Assembly: GCA_964016885.1 (NCBI GenBank)
Contig: OZ024741.1
Span: 369,830,001 to 369,894,000, forward strand
Direction of reading: 5' to 3'
DNA: 64,000 nt
From: Eledone cirrhosa
Taxonomy: Eukaryota
Of this stretch, positions 39,956-57,180 are shown piece after piece. The notes below the pieces were generated by a model. That model saw only the letters and a program-made list of their open reading frames with translations. It was not told the DNA's origin and did not search any database. Position 1 is the first letter of the stretch; every line of letters begins with the position of its first letter. A program made the position numbers and the translations under genes.

Positions 39956-40155
39956 TATATATATATATATATCTTTTTTTTTTTTTTTTTTTTTTTTTTT
40001 ATTTATTTATTTATTATTATTATTATTATTATTGTTATTATTGTTATTATTATTATTATTATTATTTTTTTTTTTTTTTTTTTTTTTTTATTGTGCAATG
40101 GCCATACTCGATAACGAGGGGGCAGCCATCATGTATGTATGTATGTATACACCTA

Positions 40156-41027
<872 letters not shown>

Positions 41028-41339
41028 TATATTACTAAAACTGTGTGATTCCTTGCTTGTCTGTAATGTAATACAGCCGAAAGGCCGCATAATTGGAAAA
41101 TACTTTGAAAGGAAGTTGACCTTGAAATGGGAATACAAATGGAATAAATCAGTTTCGCGTAAATTGGAGCACGTGTCTCGAGATACGGGGTTTTTCCAGG
41201 TACTTTCATAAATAGAGAGAGAGAGAGAAGATAGAGAGAAAGCGATAGAGGTTGTGAGAGAGTAGATTAAGAGAGAAACATGGGGAGAGGCAGAGGAGAC
41301 AGAGAAGGAGAATGGAAGAGAGAGAGCTGGTGGTGTTGT

Positions 41340-41391
<52 letters not shown>

Positions 41392-41480
41392 TGTGTGTGT
41401 ATATATATGTGTGAGTGTGTCTATGACCAGTGTATATAGATCACAGATACCCCCCACACATAGACACATATGTATATATA
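41028..41480 (+). mobile_element. Second, head-to-tail Helitron copy (5' part only)
   Basis: Diverged repeat of 40160-40550 starting immediately after the CTAG. Confidence 0.7.
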
Positions 41481-41559
41481 TATAAATGTGTGTGTGTATA
41501 TACATATACACACACACATTTATATATATACACACACAAACACACATACATCATATATA

Positions 41560-41613
<54 letters not shown>

Positions 41614-41639
41614 ATGTATATATGTATATATACAAGATC

Positions 41640-41870
41640 ATAGATCTCGTTCGCTTACCTTGCGGGGTGGAACTCGTCAAATTCGGGTGAAGGGAAAAAT
41701 ATTTCTGTTGGTCTTTCCATTGCAGATATTATCTACCGGTCGCAACTCTTGGCAGAGAGAGCCAAGTGAATTAAAGTGTCTTTCTCAAGGACATAACGCA
41801 CCACCTGACCCGGTAATCGATCTAACAACGTTATGAACACCAATCCAATTCTCTGGTCACTAAGCCACGC
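41640..41870 (-). mobile_element. Degenerate tRNA-derived SINE
   Basis: Minus strand has an A-box-like GCGTGGCTTAGTG, a B-box-like segment and TGTCCTTGAGAAAGACACTTTA. Confidence 0.55.
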
Positions 41871-42454
41871 AACGTGTAAAGTGATATTAGTAAATCCCTC
41901 TTAATTCACGATTGTATTCAAAATTATTTCAAAATCATATGCAGTCTTTCATTAGAAATATGGTAACACACGGGCTAAATATAGCAGACAAAAACAGCGC
42001 AAACGACAACATTATGCTCGTGACCAGAGTGGCGATGAGGTGAAGCAGTGTGTCCAGGTTCTAATTTCATCATCGACTCACTTTAGCTCCTAGTACAAGC
42101 AATGGTGGTTCTAGGCTTGGAAAATTGTGTGTATTATTATGAGGGAAGCGTTGGAGATGAAATGTAATCATCAACACTTGGGTATTTAGCGCCCTAAGCT
42201 AACTTGTCGATGTACGCTCATTTCTTTCAGTTATGCGTCCCATTATCCAAAATAAATTATTTTCATCTTACAGTTTGATAAACAGATGATGCTAGTTTTT
42301 GACACTTCTTGCTCTGATCAAAGTAAGAAAATTACTAAGCCTGCATTTTTCCAGAACACAATGTTTAAAAAAGGCTTTGCTAATATCGTAATATAAACAA
42401 ATATTACAACAAGGTTACAGCATACGTGACATTAACTACAAAAACTGGGACATC

Positions 42455-44230
<1,776 letters not shown>

Positions 44231-44397
44231 TACATACATACATATATATATATAACCAAAGATTAATATGGTTCATTGATTACTCAATGAATATAGTTTT
44301 ACAATAGATTAAAAGCACTCTACAAAACGTTTTCTGAGATTATTAATATTATTCGAAATATTAATAAATGAAGACGTTCACATAATCAAAATATATG

Positions 44398-44460
44398 TTT
44401 TATTATATATATTTCGGAGGTACTGTGCTGTTTTTTTCAGTACGTCCTCATCAGATAAAA
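44398..44460 (-). ncRNA. Type I hammerhead ribozyme, intact core
   Basis: TTTTAT-CTGATGA-GGACGTACTG...AGTACCTCC-GAAA-TATATA-TA-ATAAAA. Confidence 0.7.
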
Positions 44461-44927
44461 TACATGAATTGATGTATGACATACCTCAACTGTCTTGATG
44501 GTTCAATTCTAGTCATGGCAGTGATTTATTTAAATATTGAGATTTGTTGTAATAAATCACTGCTAAGAAATAGCCGTCGAAACGACTTGAGCTCTGCCGT
44601 CGGGGTCATACTTTTTCATATATATATATATATATATTGTGTGAATGAGGAAACGACCAAAGCTGTGTCCATTCTATTCGATAAGCTTCGACCCATATTT
44701 ATTTTAACTCACAGGGGTCTAAATTGCATTTAAATTGTCAGTTGAACTTTTTCACTTTGTTTATTCTAGTTCGATTTATTTATTGTTTGCTAACCTATCT
44801 TTGTTTTCTATATGAAAGCACCCTGGTCATTCTTCCAATTTGAATCAATGCCAACACGTGTAAATGGTCATGTCTGGCTTATCTTTTCTTTGAAGTCACG
44901 TCACACGTTACTGAAAGTTGAGGACTG

Positions 44928-45000
<73 letters not shown>

Positions 45001-45372
45001 ATTCACTTGTGTCCAGCAATGTGATGTAATAGCATGCAATATAGAACTTTCCATTACAGGAAGGCGAACTCTTGCTGAGGACGCGATTGCAGCAAATTTA
45101 AGTAATACATACTAACATTACCTAATTGTTGCACATGGTGGTTCCATTCGGACCACCGCCAGCAGACCGGAATCGTAGAAACTGGTGCATTGTTCCGGAT
45201 ATTTCATCTTTCCTTCCCACATGAAGTCATCGTCCTCACTGATTAAAGTATGTGTGCACTCTGATCGGTTGGATTCAAATTTTAATAATACGGACTTAAA
45301 TTATTAAATTATTGAGTGATTGAGGAAATTACCGAAGTTGTGCCAATTCTAATTGATAAGCTTTGTCCCGTA

Positions 45373-45424
<52 letters not shown>

Positions 45425-45771
45425 GTATATGTACATATACATATATATATAATATATATATATACATACATACATATATATATAAATACATATATATATA
45501 TATACATACATATACATATATATATATACACACACACACACATATATATATATACGCATACACACACACACACACACACATACACAAACACACACATACA
45601 CAAAGACACACATACACACACGCGCCATCTACTGAATATTGCCGTTTTATGGCATTTATTTTTCATTATTATAACATATTTGAAAGAAAAGCTGTCCCAT
45701 ATTTACAAATATACACGCGTGTTAGTATATTATACATACGTACATGCGTACAACACCCCCAACCCATATAC

Positions 45772-45873
<102 letters not shown>

Positions 45874-45999
45874 AGATAAATCTACCAAAATAAACGGTAG
45901 TGTCCAATCCGTATGAAGAACTCAATGTAATCCAAATATAGAAGATATCATGAAAAGAGAAAATGCATTCAAATTTTACGATAAAAATCATAGGAAAAG

Positions 46000-47241
46000 A
46001 TAAATTAATAAAAACAATGAAATAAAAACAAAGAATAGGTTCCTTATATTAAAAAAAATTATCATTTTACGATCGTTTCTGGGATATATATGTGTATGTT
46101 GGTATGTATATCATATTAAAGATCTATGTAAAACAAAATATTACAAATTATCAGAGGGGATACACATACATATGTTATGCTCCCAAGAACTATTTGAAAT
46201 CATGAAATCTAATGATATCCTATTAAATAAGCGACAGGAATTAATTATATCATGCAATCATAAAATTAGAAAAAACCTTTAAATACTATAAACTTAATTA
46301 ATATATACCTCACTCTTATATTTTACAAATTACTATAATTTTTTTAAATTTAGTTTACCTATAATTAAATATTTACTACAAAGAATTTCATAACTTTATT
46401 TCCCTCTTGCAGCTCACTTTACCTAAAGTAATCTTTAACCTCACTACTTCTTTTAACCGCATCCTATATATCACATTCAATACCTAGGATTAGTAAATAT
46501 GATTAATATCTTTAATATTACGGTTGTTTAGATAGTTATACAATTTTATCTATTTCAGTCTTTCTATATATATTTTTTATATTTTTTTTAATTTCTTTTA
46601 CTTCTTTATTTATCACTTCCATAAGAATTAATATAATTTTAACTCTGTAAGTATATCTATCAATTAATTTAATTTCCTTTTATGTATCTAGGTTCCTTAA
46701 AATTTAAACAGGAGTAGTATTTCTCACTAACATTCTCATCCCACAAAAAATTATTTTCCCTATGCTTTTAACAACATTCTTTAATAACATAATTTTTTTT
46801 TTTGGGGGGGGGGGGGGGGAATCCTTCATTATCTCATTAACTTGACCTCATTTTAATCCCTACCTTTCTCTTCCCCATTCTTTTCATTCAAAGCATAAAT
46901 TTACATTCCTCCACTCCTAGCATGAAGTTTCTACTACGGTTATTCTATCAACTTGACCTCTAACTTCTCTATTGGTCAATTCAAAACCTGTTCCCAAACA
47001 GACTTTTTGTATTAATACTTTCTTTCAATAAACATACTTCATCATTTCTGAAGATGGCATATATAAGTGGAGGTATGTATATCTCCTCTGATAATTTGTA
47101 ATATTTTTTTTACATAGATCTTTAATATGATATACATACCAACATACACACATATATCCTAGAAACGATCGTAAAATGATGATTTTTTTAAATATAAGGA
47201 ACCTGTTCTTTGTTTTTATTTCATTGTTTTTATTAATTTAT
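46000..47241 (+). mobile_element. 5'-truncated Penelope-like element with ~170-bp inverted termini
   Basis: ~46000-46170 is the reverse complement of ~47073-47241. The internal remnant reads ILLNKRQELIISCNHK. Confidence 0.78.
47040..47181 (+). ncRNA. Type I hammerhead ribozyme with a very long stem II region
   Basis: CATCATTT-CTGAAGA-(~107 nt)-GAAA-CGATCG-TA-AAATGATG, with an 8-bp stem I and a palindromic stem III. Confidence 0.72.
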
Positions 47242-47387
47242 ATATATATATAGTTAGAGAAGCAAAAAACTGCTTATTGTGATCCAGTTTTTGGTTAAGA
47301 AAGCCAGTTTCATGGATGGTTTCAACGTACGGTTAGGGGTAACTCCACAAGTTTGTAAGAATTCCGTTCAATCTTGGAGTATAAATT

Positions 47388-47600
47388 ATAAAAGAGAAAA
47401 CACAGGTAAGCATTAAGAGAAGGATTTTATCCAGGTATTTACGACCGTTTCAAATTTGAAAATTTGGACTGTGAACAACAATTATAATTGAGTGGCTGCT
47501 ATTTGCAGTATAGCAATATAAGGTTACACTTACCAATGAAACGGTCGTAAATACCTGGATAAAATCCTTCTCTTAATGCTTACCTATGTTTTCTCTTTTA

Positions 47601-47601
<1 letters not shown>
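47388..47601. repeat. ~65-bp inverted repeat whose inner edge is the hammerhead 3' half (GAAA-CGGTCG-TA)
   Basis: 47388-47452 is the reverse complement of ~47537-47601. Confidence 0.85.
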
Positions 47602-47650
<49 letters not shown>

Positions 47651-47653
<3 letters not shown>

Positions 47654-47900
47654 AAAAAAAGATGAAATCGAAAATGCAACTGGAGTCTTATTTAAAAAAA
47701 AAATATATATTTATTTGGTCTGAGATGGAGGGTCTGTGGTTTTCCTCACATCTGTGAGAAAAAACACAGACCCACCATCTCAACTCTACTTTTAAAAAGC
47801 AGAAGAACTGCGAAACCGGTAAAGGAACCAAATAAATATATATATATATTTTTAAAAATAAGACTCCAGTTGCATTTTCGATTCCATCTTTTTTTTCTTT
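47651..47900. repeat. Nested inverted repeats with a partial hammerhead
   Basis: Outer arms ~47651-47719 and ~47826-47900, inner hairpin 47721-47782, and GCAG/CTGC-GAAA-CCGG-TA at ~47798-47821. Confidence 0.8.
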
Positions 47901-47963
47901 ATACTTTCACTCGTGTAGGACACCTCGGTTATTTTTCATTTTGTTAAAAAACCTCACTTTCTA

Positions 47964-48052
<89 letters not shown>

Positions 48053-48741
48053 TATATATATATATATATAAATATATACCTGTTAGTAGATTATATATTT
48101 ATATTTCTTTATTGTATTGTCATTTACTTTGTTAATACTGTTTACTTTTTACACACACACACACTCTCTCTCTCTCTCTCTCACACACATACGCACACAT
48201 TACTGTGACAAATGACATTGAGAGAGCGTAAGATGAAGCTGGGTAGAGGTATAGTTAGTGGCGTGAAGTGTAGTGTTGTGGTGTAGTGTGGAGTTTTGTG
48301 ACATGGAGTGGAATGGTGTGGTGTACTGTGACATGAAGTGGGGGTGAAGTAGTGGGGTGAGAAGTGATGTGGTGGGTTGAGTGCGGTGCCGTGTGATGTG
48401 GTGTAGTATAATGAGTGGTGTGGTATGGTGTAGTGGTGTAGTATGGCATGGTGGAGTGGTGTAGTAAGGTGGAGTGGTGTAATGTAGTGTGATGAGGTAT
48501 GAATATATATAAGGTATCGTGCAGAGTCGATTACTGAATTTTCCCCATTAATCGAACGGCGAGTCCCCCCCCCCCCTTACCCCTCATCACCCTCACAACA
48601 ACCCACATTTATCTCTGCCCTACCCACTAAAAAAATTATTTGTGTTTTGAACAACTTCCCCCGTCCATCTGCACATAACGTTTGGTAACAACATTTTAAT
48701 TCAAAAAGAAAAAAATATTCCCCCTGGATAACACACACGCG

Positions 48742-48844
<103 letters not shown>

Positions 48845-49439
48845 ACACATACACATACACACACACACATACACACACACACATACACACACACACATAC
48901 ACACGCACGCACACACACACACATACACACACGCAAAACACATACACACATACATACACACGCACGCAAAGCACATACATACGCACACTTAGAGACACAT
49001 GCACAGAAACACATACACACACACACATGCCCACACTCAGAAAATTATCATCACTGTCGACACAACCACCAGTACCACCACCTTCAATATCACAACCGCT
49101 ACCATCATCATCACCGCGACCATCATTATCACATCAATAGCACCACTCCCACAACCACCAATACCATCACAACCCCCACCAATACCACCTCCACCCTTAC
49201 GACAACCACCAATATCACATCAACATCACCACCTCCACAATCACCTCAATTACCAATTTCACATAGACACACACACATACATGTATACACGCACACATAT
49301 AAATATCCATTGGTTAGTTGGAATGTCAACAATTTAAAAAAAAATTAAGCGTTTAAAGAATTTTTTATAGGACTAAGGACAGCATTGGGTGTGTCAAAAA
49401 TGCTTCAATGCCTAATGTAATGTTTAGTCTATCTTCCTG

Positions 49440-50310
49440 ACTACATTAGAAGGGCCATGTAGCCATATTGTAGATGTTTGTACAGCAAACAGGATCACAG
49501 GAGATGGGGTGTTTGCAACTGGCTGTGACCATCGGTTCTTTTGGTGACAAGAAACCAAGCACAGATTTTGAGCTAATCGGACAAACTTTAATATTTCGCC
49601 TCGGGTATTCAGGCAAAAGTTTAGCGAAGAGGTTATGTGTTGGACGAGACTGAAAGGACTGAAAACAGACACATTTCTCTTCATCCAAGCCCTCATCAAC
49701 TTTTTCAACTTTTACTTGAAAAGGAAGGTAGGGATGATGAGGAAAGCACTGTCCTCGCCCCAGTGGATTGGCAGTATCGGTAGAGGATCGGACGCCATGC
49801 TTTGCAGCAAAGAGTTACGGCTCTTTGTGGTCAGAGTACAAATCCCGCCGAGCTTAACTTTGCTTTTCATCCTTACGGGGTCTATAAAATAAAGTACCAG
49901 TAATACACTGTGATAATTTCTGGCCTTGTGCCAAGAGTAGAAACAATTATAATTGTTAAAAGGTGGGTGAACGTAGCAAGGATAACACGAGTTAACGGGC
50001 ATACTCTAATCACGCTCTTTCGGTAAAGAATGGCTGTAAAGATAATTTAATCATTTCTCCACAATCTATAGATGGGGACGTTATAATGAAATACTGGTAA
50101 CTTAACAAGCAACACCCATCCTTAGCAGAGAAAAGCTACATAAGGTTAAATGTAGTAAAATGCAGTTCTTGTAGGCTGATAAGAATGAAAGGGAGTGGGG
50201 CGCTTGCCTGTTGTGGTCAGGTGATGTTGGATCTGAAGGGCTCCTTAATTAGCCCTGGGTGCTGCTTCCCCCTTTGGGGTATTCTGTTGTTATTTATTGT
50301 TATTTGTTAC
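49440..50310 (+). mobile_element. Old Tx1 3' remnant interrupted by a SINE
   Basis: AKRLCVG/CWTRLKGLKTDTFL...FFNFYLKRKV and ..KRWVNVARI.RVNG are homologous to the ORF2 end of copies B and C. Confidence 0.75.
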
Positions 50311-50703
50311 GTCTTCCTTCTCTGCTTTCGGTACCAGTGGCTATCCCGCCGAGGTTAACTTTGCCTTTCATCCTTACGGGGTCGATAAAATAAAGCACCA
50401 GTAACATACTGGGTCGATTTAATCGCTTTTCCTCTCCCCCCAAATTGCTGGCCCTGTGCCTAAAGTAGAAACAATTATTGAGGATTGGCAGAATCGATAG
50501 AGCGTCAGACACCATGCTATGCAGCATAAAGTTATGGCCCTTTGCGTTCTGAGTTCAAATCCCGCTGAGGTTAGCTTTGCCTTTCATCCTTACGGGGTTG
50601 ATAAAATAAGAACCAGTAATGCACTGGGGTCGATTTAATCGACTTTCCGTTCCCCCCAAATTGCTGGCCTTGTGCCTATAGTAGAAATTATTATTATTAT
50701 TAT
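49762..50703 (+). mobile_element. SINE copies (49762-49952, 50341-50479, 50482-50703) of the family abundant in octopus
   Basis: Shared core GAGTTCAAATCCCGC..TTTGCCTTTCATCCTTACGGGGTCGATAAAATAAAGTACCAG..GCTGGCCTTGTGCC and an (ATT)n tail. Confidence 0.85.
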
Positions 50704-51442
50704 GTGGTGGTTGTGGTAGTAGTGGTAGCAGTAACAGCAGTAATATTAGTGGTAGTAGTTGTTAGTGCGGTTGTTGTTGTTGCCACGGTTGGTACAGCTG
50801 TTGTTGTTGCTGTCGCTGTTACTGTTGTTGCTGTTGTTACTGTTGTTGTTGTCGTTGTTACTGTTGTTGCTGTTGTTGCTGTTGTTGTTGTTGTTGATGG
50901 TGACGTTGGGGCTGTAGTTGCTGTTATTGTTCTGACTTTTGGCTGGTTGCTGCTGTTGTTGATGTTATTGTTGCTGTCGTTGTTCTTTTTACAAGAGGTG
51001 AAGTAAGGTTTCGTAATGTATGCGCTTACCTCGTGACGAACAAAGACAACCAATCACAGACCTTCGACCCGTATCCTCCCCTCCCACACCCACGGTCATC
51101 TACCTCCCCTTCTCCTCTCTCTACCGTGATTGCCACAACCACGCGATAATGCCATAAAACTGGACACAATTATATTGAGATTAGTTTACTAAATGGCCTC
51201 CCCACTTGCTTTACTGGTGAGATTGAAGGGGAGAGAGTTGATGGATAGAGAGGTAACGTTATTTGGTGACACACTGTGAGAGAGGGGGAGAAAGGAGTGT
51301 GTGTATTTGGCAGAGAGAGAAATGGAGAGAGAAAAGTATAGAGGGGAGAAGTAGAGAGAGGGAAAATTGGGAGATTGAGAAAAAGAAAATGAGAGGGCGA
51401 GGGATTGAGATAGTGAGGTGGATAAATAGGTAATGGTGACTT

Positions 51443-51530
<88 letters not shown>

Positions 51531-51548
51531 GAGAGGGAGAGAGAGAGG

Positions 51549-51659
<111 letters not shown>

Positions 51660-51784
51660 TGTGTGTTGACGGCAAAAAGACTTGAGAATTTTTGGTTGAA
51701 GGTAGATAGATATGTTTCTTTGATAGACAGATAAATAGATAACCAGGTAGCTAGATAATATAGATATACAGATAGATAGATATC

Positions 51785-52283
51785 TTTCTTTATTTGCCAC
51801 AGGGGCGTACAACAATGGGACATTACAAGACGTGACTGTGGGGGGCTTTACATAAAAATAACTTTAACATTAATAAATAATTGTTTCTACGTTTGGCACA
51901 AGGCCAGCAATTATCAAGTACATTACTAGTACTTTATTTTATCGACCCCGTAAGGATGAAAGGCAAAGTTAACCTCGGCGGGATTTGAACTCAGAATGGC
52001 AAGGGCCGTAACTCTATACGTCAAAGCATGGCGTCCGACCCTCTACCGATACTGCCAAATCACCGCCTTAACATTAATAAATAATTGTTTCTACCTTTGG
52101 CACAAGACCAGCAATTTCCCAGTGTATTACTGGTACTTTATTTTATCGACCCCGTAAGAAATAATAATATACTATATATAATAAAATAACAATTGAAATC
52201 CCCAATAGGGCGGGGGGTACGTTACTGCAGGGTTGTTTTACACTCTATGAATAGAACAACCCGCAACGCCAGGAACACGTTTT
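51785..52283 (-). mobile_element. Tx1 3'-UTR fragment between (GATA)n tracts, with nested SINEs (51878-52158, minus strand)
   Basis: Reverse complement reads ..CTATTGGGGATTTCAATTG..CCCCTGTGGCAAATAAAGAAAGAT(ATCT)n, like the ends of copies B and E. Confidence 0.78.
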
Positions 52284-52933
52284 GTAGGTAGCTAGATAGA
52301 TAGGTAGATACGACATTGATAAATATTTGATAGAGAGATGGATGGATGGCCTAATGTTTAAACGTGCTCGTCCGGCATACGCGAGACACAAGGTTCAATT
52401 CCCGTGTTTATGTCCATTTTTTACCCATCTTCACAGATACTTTACCCGATCTTTTAACCACTATTTATAGCGATTATCTATTATTACAATTATCTGCATT
52501 GAGGGGACTATAATTTCGATATTTACACCGCTTCATAATTCAGCTAGATTTACTCAAACACGCGCACGACGATTGTAAGTGTTTTGGATATTTGTTACGA
52601 GTCTGTGCCTTCTGAGTTCTGCCGAGGTCTACATTGTCTTTCGTCCTTTTGGGATGGATAAAGAAAATACAGGCCCAGTTCTGGTGCAGCCGTCCCATCT
52701 ATCCAGCTCGTACATCTTATATGTAATGGTTGTTATACCAGGAAAGTTGGGACAAAAATTAGAAGGGCATGCAGGGTTTAATTCTTGTTTGAGCAGTCTG
52801 AGTCTGGGTCTGGTGAATGAGGTGGGATGTAAGTGTATGATTTACGTTTGCTTGGGTTCGTGGCTTGCTTTGGTTTAATCCGGATGTATTTATGTTCATG
52901 TTAAGGCAATTAACGGTCTTATTACTTACTTAC

Positions 52934-53103
<170 letters not shown>

Positions 53104-53282
53104 CGATAACCTTAAGAAGTGGTTTGTTTTTATCTCTGATTGCTATCTGATGAATTCAGGCCATTGTTTATTTGGAAATCACATCAGTTAATCGCCGACC
53201 CCAGAGAAATATGTTTAATAGCTGAATATATTTATGCACAAATTCATATGGCCTTCGGTAATATTTACTCTTCTGTATGTGT

Positions 53283-53395
<113 letters not shown>

Positions 53396-53417
53396 TGTGT
53401 CTGTGTGTGTGTGTGTA

Positions 53418-54538
53418 TGACTAAAAACAAAACCTGTCAAAGAGCAAAGGAGCTCTTAAGAGTCAATGGCCATCCAAAATCACCGGGAGAGATGACCCCT
53501 TAGCCTTTGTCAAGGCAGAATTCTAGGAGAAGGAAAACTCTGATATAACACCTGCAACTCTGATGGTATCCAATGATGTTGACTTGTTCTTTTTGGTAAA
53601 TATCATCTTGGTTAAGAGAGTGGGACTGGCTTTGTGCAGTGCCTTTGCTCACTATAAAAGCTTCACGGCACAGGCATTGCTTTATATCTGGAGATCTCTC
53701 TGCACTTGTCGTCACATGGTACCATGGGCCCAGCACTATGTGTCAATAATTGTCACAAGTGTAGTGTTTGTACCAGAGTTTTCAAGTCGTTGGCTGGACT
53801 AAAAAGTCACACTCGTTCAGCGCATTGGTAAGGGTTCTCCTACATGGATATAAAGTAGTGGCCGTACTCGAAAACGAGTTGGCAGCCACCATGTATGTAT
53901 GTATGTATGTATGTATGTATGTATGTATGTATGTATGTATGTATGTATGTATGTATGTATGTATGTATGCCAGGTCGCTCTCGAGTGCTATTGGTAAATA
54001 TAACCTAGTACAACCTGTCTCATGGTCGTCGGTGACTAAACCGCCAACCCCACCAAGCTTGCTTGGTGATATTTGGACACTCTGTGGGATGAAATACAAG
54101 ACGCGGTGAAGGACAGAGGAACTCAACAGAGTCAAGGGCCATCCAAATAGTACTTTTCTTTTTCACCTGGGATTGAAAGTCCCCCAGTTGTTGTCACAAC
54201 ACCTTTCTAAGAGAGGGGAAACTCTGAAAAAATACCTGCAGCTTCGGAAGCATTCGATGATGTTGACCACTTCTCCTGTTACGGTAGTGTTTTTGATGCT
54301 CAGAGAGTGGGATTGGTCGAGTGGAAGGCCTTTACCCACTTAAAAAACCTCTAAAGCATAGTCATTGCTTGTTCAGGTTATGTTACAGGTTCGTGTGGCT
54401 GGCCGTAGCCTAAAAGTGCCCCATTTTCTGTAATCTGGCAAGCGATTGCAACGCCCTTAGCAGAGTTTGCAGCCATCATGTATGTATGTATGTATGTATG
54501 TATGTATGTATGTATGTATGTATGTATGTATGTATGTA

Positions 54539-54569
<31 letters not shown>

Positions 54570-55193
54570 ATCTATGTATGTATGTATGTATGTATGTATG
54601 TATGTATGTATGTATGTATGTATGTATGTATGTATGTATGTATGTATGTCGGGTCACTCTTGAGTACTACTGGTAACATGTAACGCAGTACAACTTGTCG
54701 TATGGTCGGGTCGTCAGCGACTAAACCGGCAACCCCACCAAGTTTACTTGGTGAGGAGGAGGATTTTCGACACCCTGCAGGACAAAAAACAGAACCTGAC
54801 AAAGGGCGGAAGAACTCATAAGAGTCAACGGCCATCCAAAAGTGTGTAAATATGTGCATACACATGTACCGCACGGTTAAACCACTGGGAGTGAAGGACC
54901 CCTAGCCTTTGTCAGGGCATTCTTCTAGGAGAAGGCAACTCAGGAAACTGGGATAACTCCGATATAAAACCTGCGGCTCAGTAGTTACCGATGATATTGA
55001 TCTTTTCTTCTTTTCGGTTTATAGCTTCTGTCCCTCAGTGAGTGGGATTGGCTCAGTGCACAGTCTTTCCTCACTTTAAAAAATATCTTCACGCACAGGC
55101 ATTGCACGATAGAATTAATTAATAATTCTTAATAATGGTGTATCATGCAATGGCCATACTCGATAACGAGGGGGCAGCCATCATCATGTATGT
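53418..55193 (+). mobile_element. Three tandem non-autonomous RTE-derived elements (53418-53893, 53970-54480, 54649-55193) separated by (TATG)n
   Basis: Homologous to 32653-33880 and to the RTE UTRs. Each ends GCAGCCA(C/T)CAT followed by (GTAT)n. Confidence 0.85.
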
Positions 55194-55295
55194 ATATATA
55201 TATTTACTTCTGCGTTCACAGATTGATTTTTTTAGTTTCAGAAGATCCCGTTAAGGGTGAAAGCAGCGATTCTTTGTTTAAACTTTAATCTGTTA

Positions 55296-55384
<89 letters not shown>

Positions 55385-55399
55385 CATGTACTCTATAAG

Positions 55400-57180
55400 T
55401 TCTGCTAGAAAGAGACCTGCTGGCTGGGGGTGACAAGGACAAACTGCAGTTTTGCACATACAGACACTACGCAAGCTGCGCCCAACCTACTCATGTCAAT
55501 TACCCAAGCCAAACAACACACCATACAGGGTTACTGCTCAGCAAGTATGCTGAGGTGGCATATACTGCTCCATTGAAGAAGAGCCATTATGCGGAAGCAG
55601 TACAGACTGTAGCTACGGAATAAGTTTTTTTAAACATGGCGGAAAAGATTATGAGACAGCTGACTTGGCTTCATCTGATACAAAGCCCAAATCAGTTACA
55701 TTAATACTCGTGACCACCACAAACAAAGGACGCAGGGTGGCCACCACTGATACCCACCCAAATGCCATATCAGCGACCATCACTGACACCCCAAATGTCA
55801 CACCAGTGCTACTACTAAATGTCAGAGGCCTGGAAAACCCGACCAACATGTGTAAGATCCCCTACCTAAGAGACCTAATCATGAGCAATATGCATGGCAC
55901 TAACTGAAACTCACCTGACAGCTAGCATAACAGATGTGGAAATACACATACCAAAGTATGCTGTATTTCAGACTGAAAGGAGGGAGATAACTCATGGTGG
56001 AGTTTCTATGTACAGCCATGAAGATGTCACACCATTAGTACTGTTGTCACATTCCAACTCTGTGACACACTAATAGTTCATGTAAAGCAACTCAAAATGG
56101 TGATAAGTGTCACATATCGGCCACCAGACGCCTTTAGTCATGAAAGTAAGTTTGAAGATAGCCTCAGAAAGATGGAAGAAGTCCTTAACAAACTGGATCA
56201 GAGTCTCAACGTACTGCTGCTGGGAGACTTTAGCCATCCCAAGGTCAAATAGCCTGAAGGCCACCTCCTCTCAGGGATTACGGCACCTGAACAGAGACAG
56301 AGAGGATCTCTGCTGGACCTCACAACCAGGCTGTTCGGGGAGCAAGTACACCCAACAAGAGGAGAGAATGTTCTGGATCTCTGCTTTACAAATAACACGG
56401 TGCTTATCCATAATTATTTCTACTTTAGGCACAAGGCCAGCAATAACCCAGTGCATTACTGGTACTTTATTTTATCGACCCCGTAAGGATGAAAGGCAAA
56501 GTCAACCTCGGCAAAGATTACACCAACGATTTTCTCTGATCATAACATAGTAGAACTAATATATGGTCCAATGGAGTCACTAGATATGTAACCAATAGGG
56601 AGCACTGGGAATATATCCCGCCTAAAATGTCATAAGCCTAACTGGAAAAGGATCCAGGAAGAGATCCTGAAGCAAAACTGGCGACACATCTCCACACAAG
56701 ACATCAACGCACAATTTCAATATTTCATTACAACAATACAAACCGCATGGCGCAAGTTTGTCCCGGAAAAAAGGCCAACAGACACAAACATATTATTCCC
56801 AGAAACAGGAAAATCTTTATGTGACGAAGAATGAAGATCTCAAATTTGTTAAATGCACAACAAAAGAACAAGAAGGAACTGTCTCGGTACACTGCAAGAT
56901 TGGGCTACTTTTCCATAAAAGTGGATCACTGACAGAGGACCCTCAAGGAATAAGTGAGGTACTGAATGAACAGTACAAAAGTGTTTTCACACCCCTAATG
57001 AGGTACATGCAAATAACAAAACAAAAGAAATTATTTGATACCACAGTTCAATACGGAGAAATAACGACCAGCAACCCCACAGATATAACGGAAGAAGAGG
57101 TAATATCAGCCATAGAATAAATGAGAGCAAACTCAGCTGCTGGACCTGATGGATTCCCAGCAATCCTTCTAAAAACATGG
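55400..57180 (+). pseudogene. Degenerate CR1/L2-group LINE (APE and start of RT) with a nested SINE fragment at 56411-56512
   Basis: Fragmented motifs LLNVRGL, LTETHL, HGGV, YRPP, LLGDF, LDLCFTN, SDHNIV, NEQYKSVF and AAGPDGFPAILLK. Confidence 0.75.

Larger units (their letters stand above)
35270..40148 (+). mobile_element. RTE-clade LINE, apparently intact (5' end may extend to ~34009)
   Basis: The 5' UTR (35274-35525) matches 54875-55135. The terminal motif TGCAATGGCCATACTCGATAACGAGGGGGCAGCCATCAT (40094-40132) is identical to 55146-55184 and is followed by an (ATGT)n tail. Confidence 0.88.

Noticed and set aside
52345-52405. tRNA-like segment with A/B boxes
   Set aside because: I cannot fold a full cloverleaf. 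It is probably a decayed SINE head, as are ~58335-58475 and ~59160-59270.
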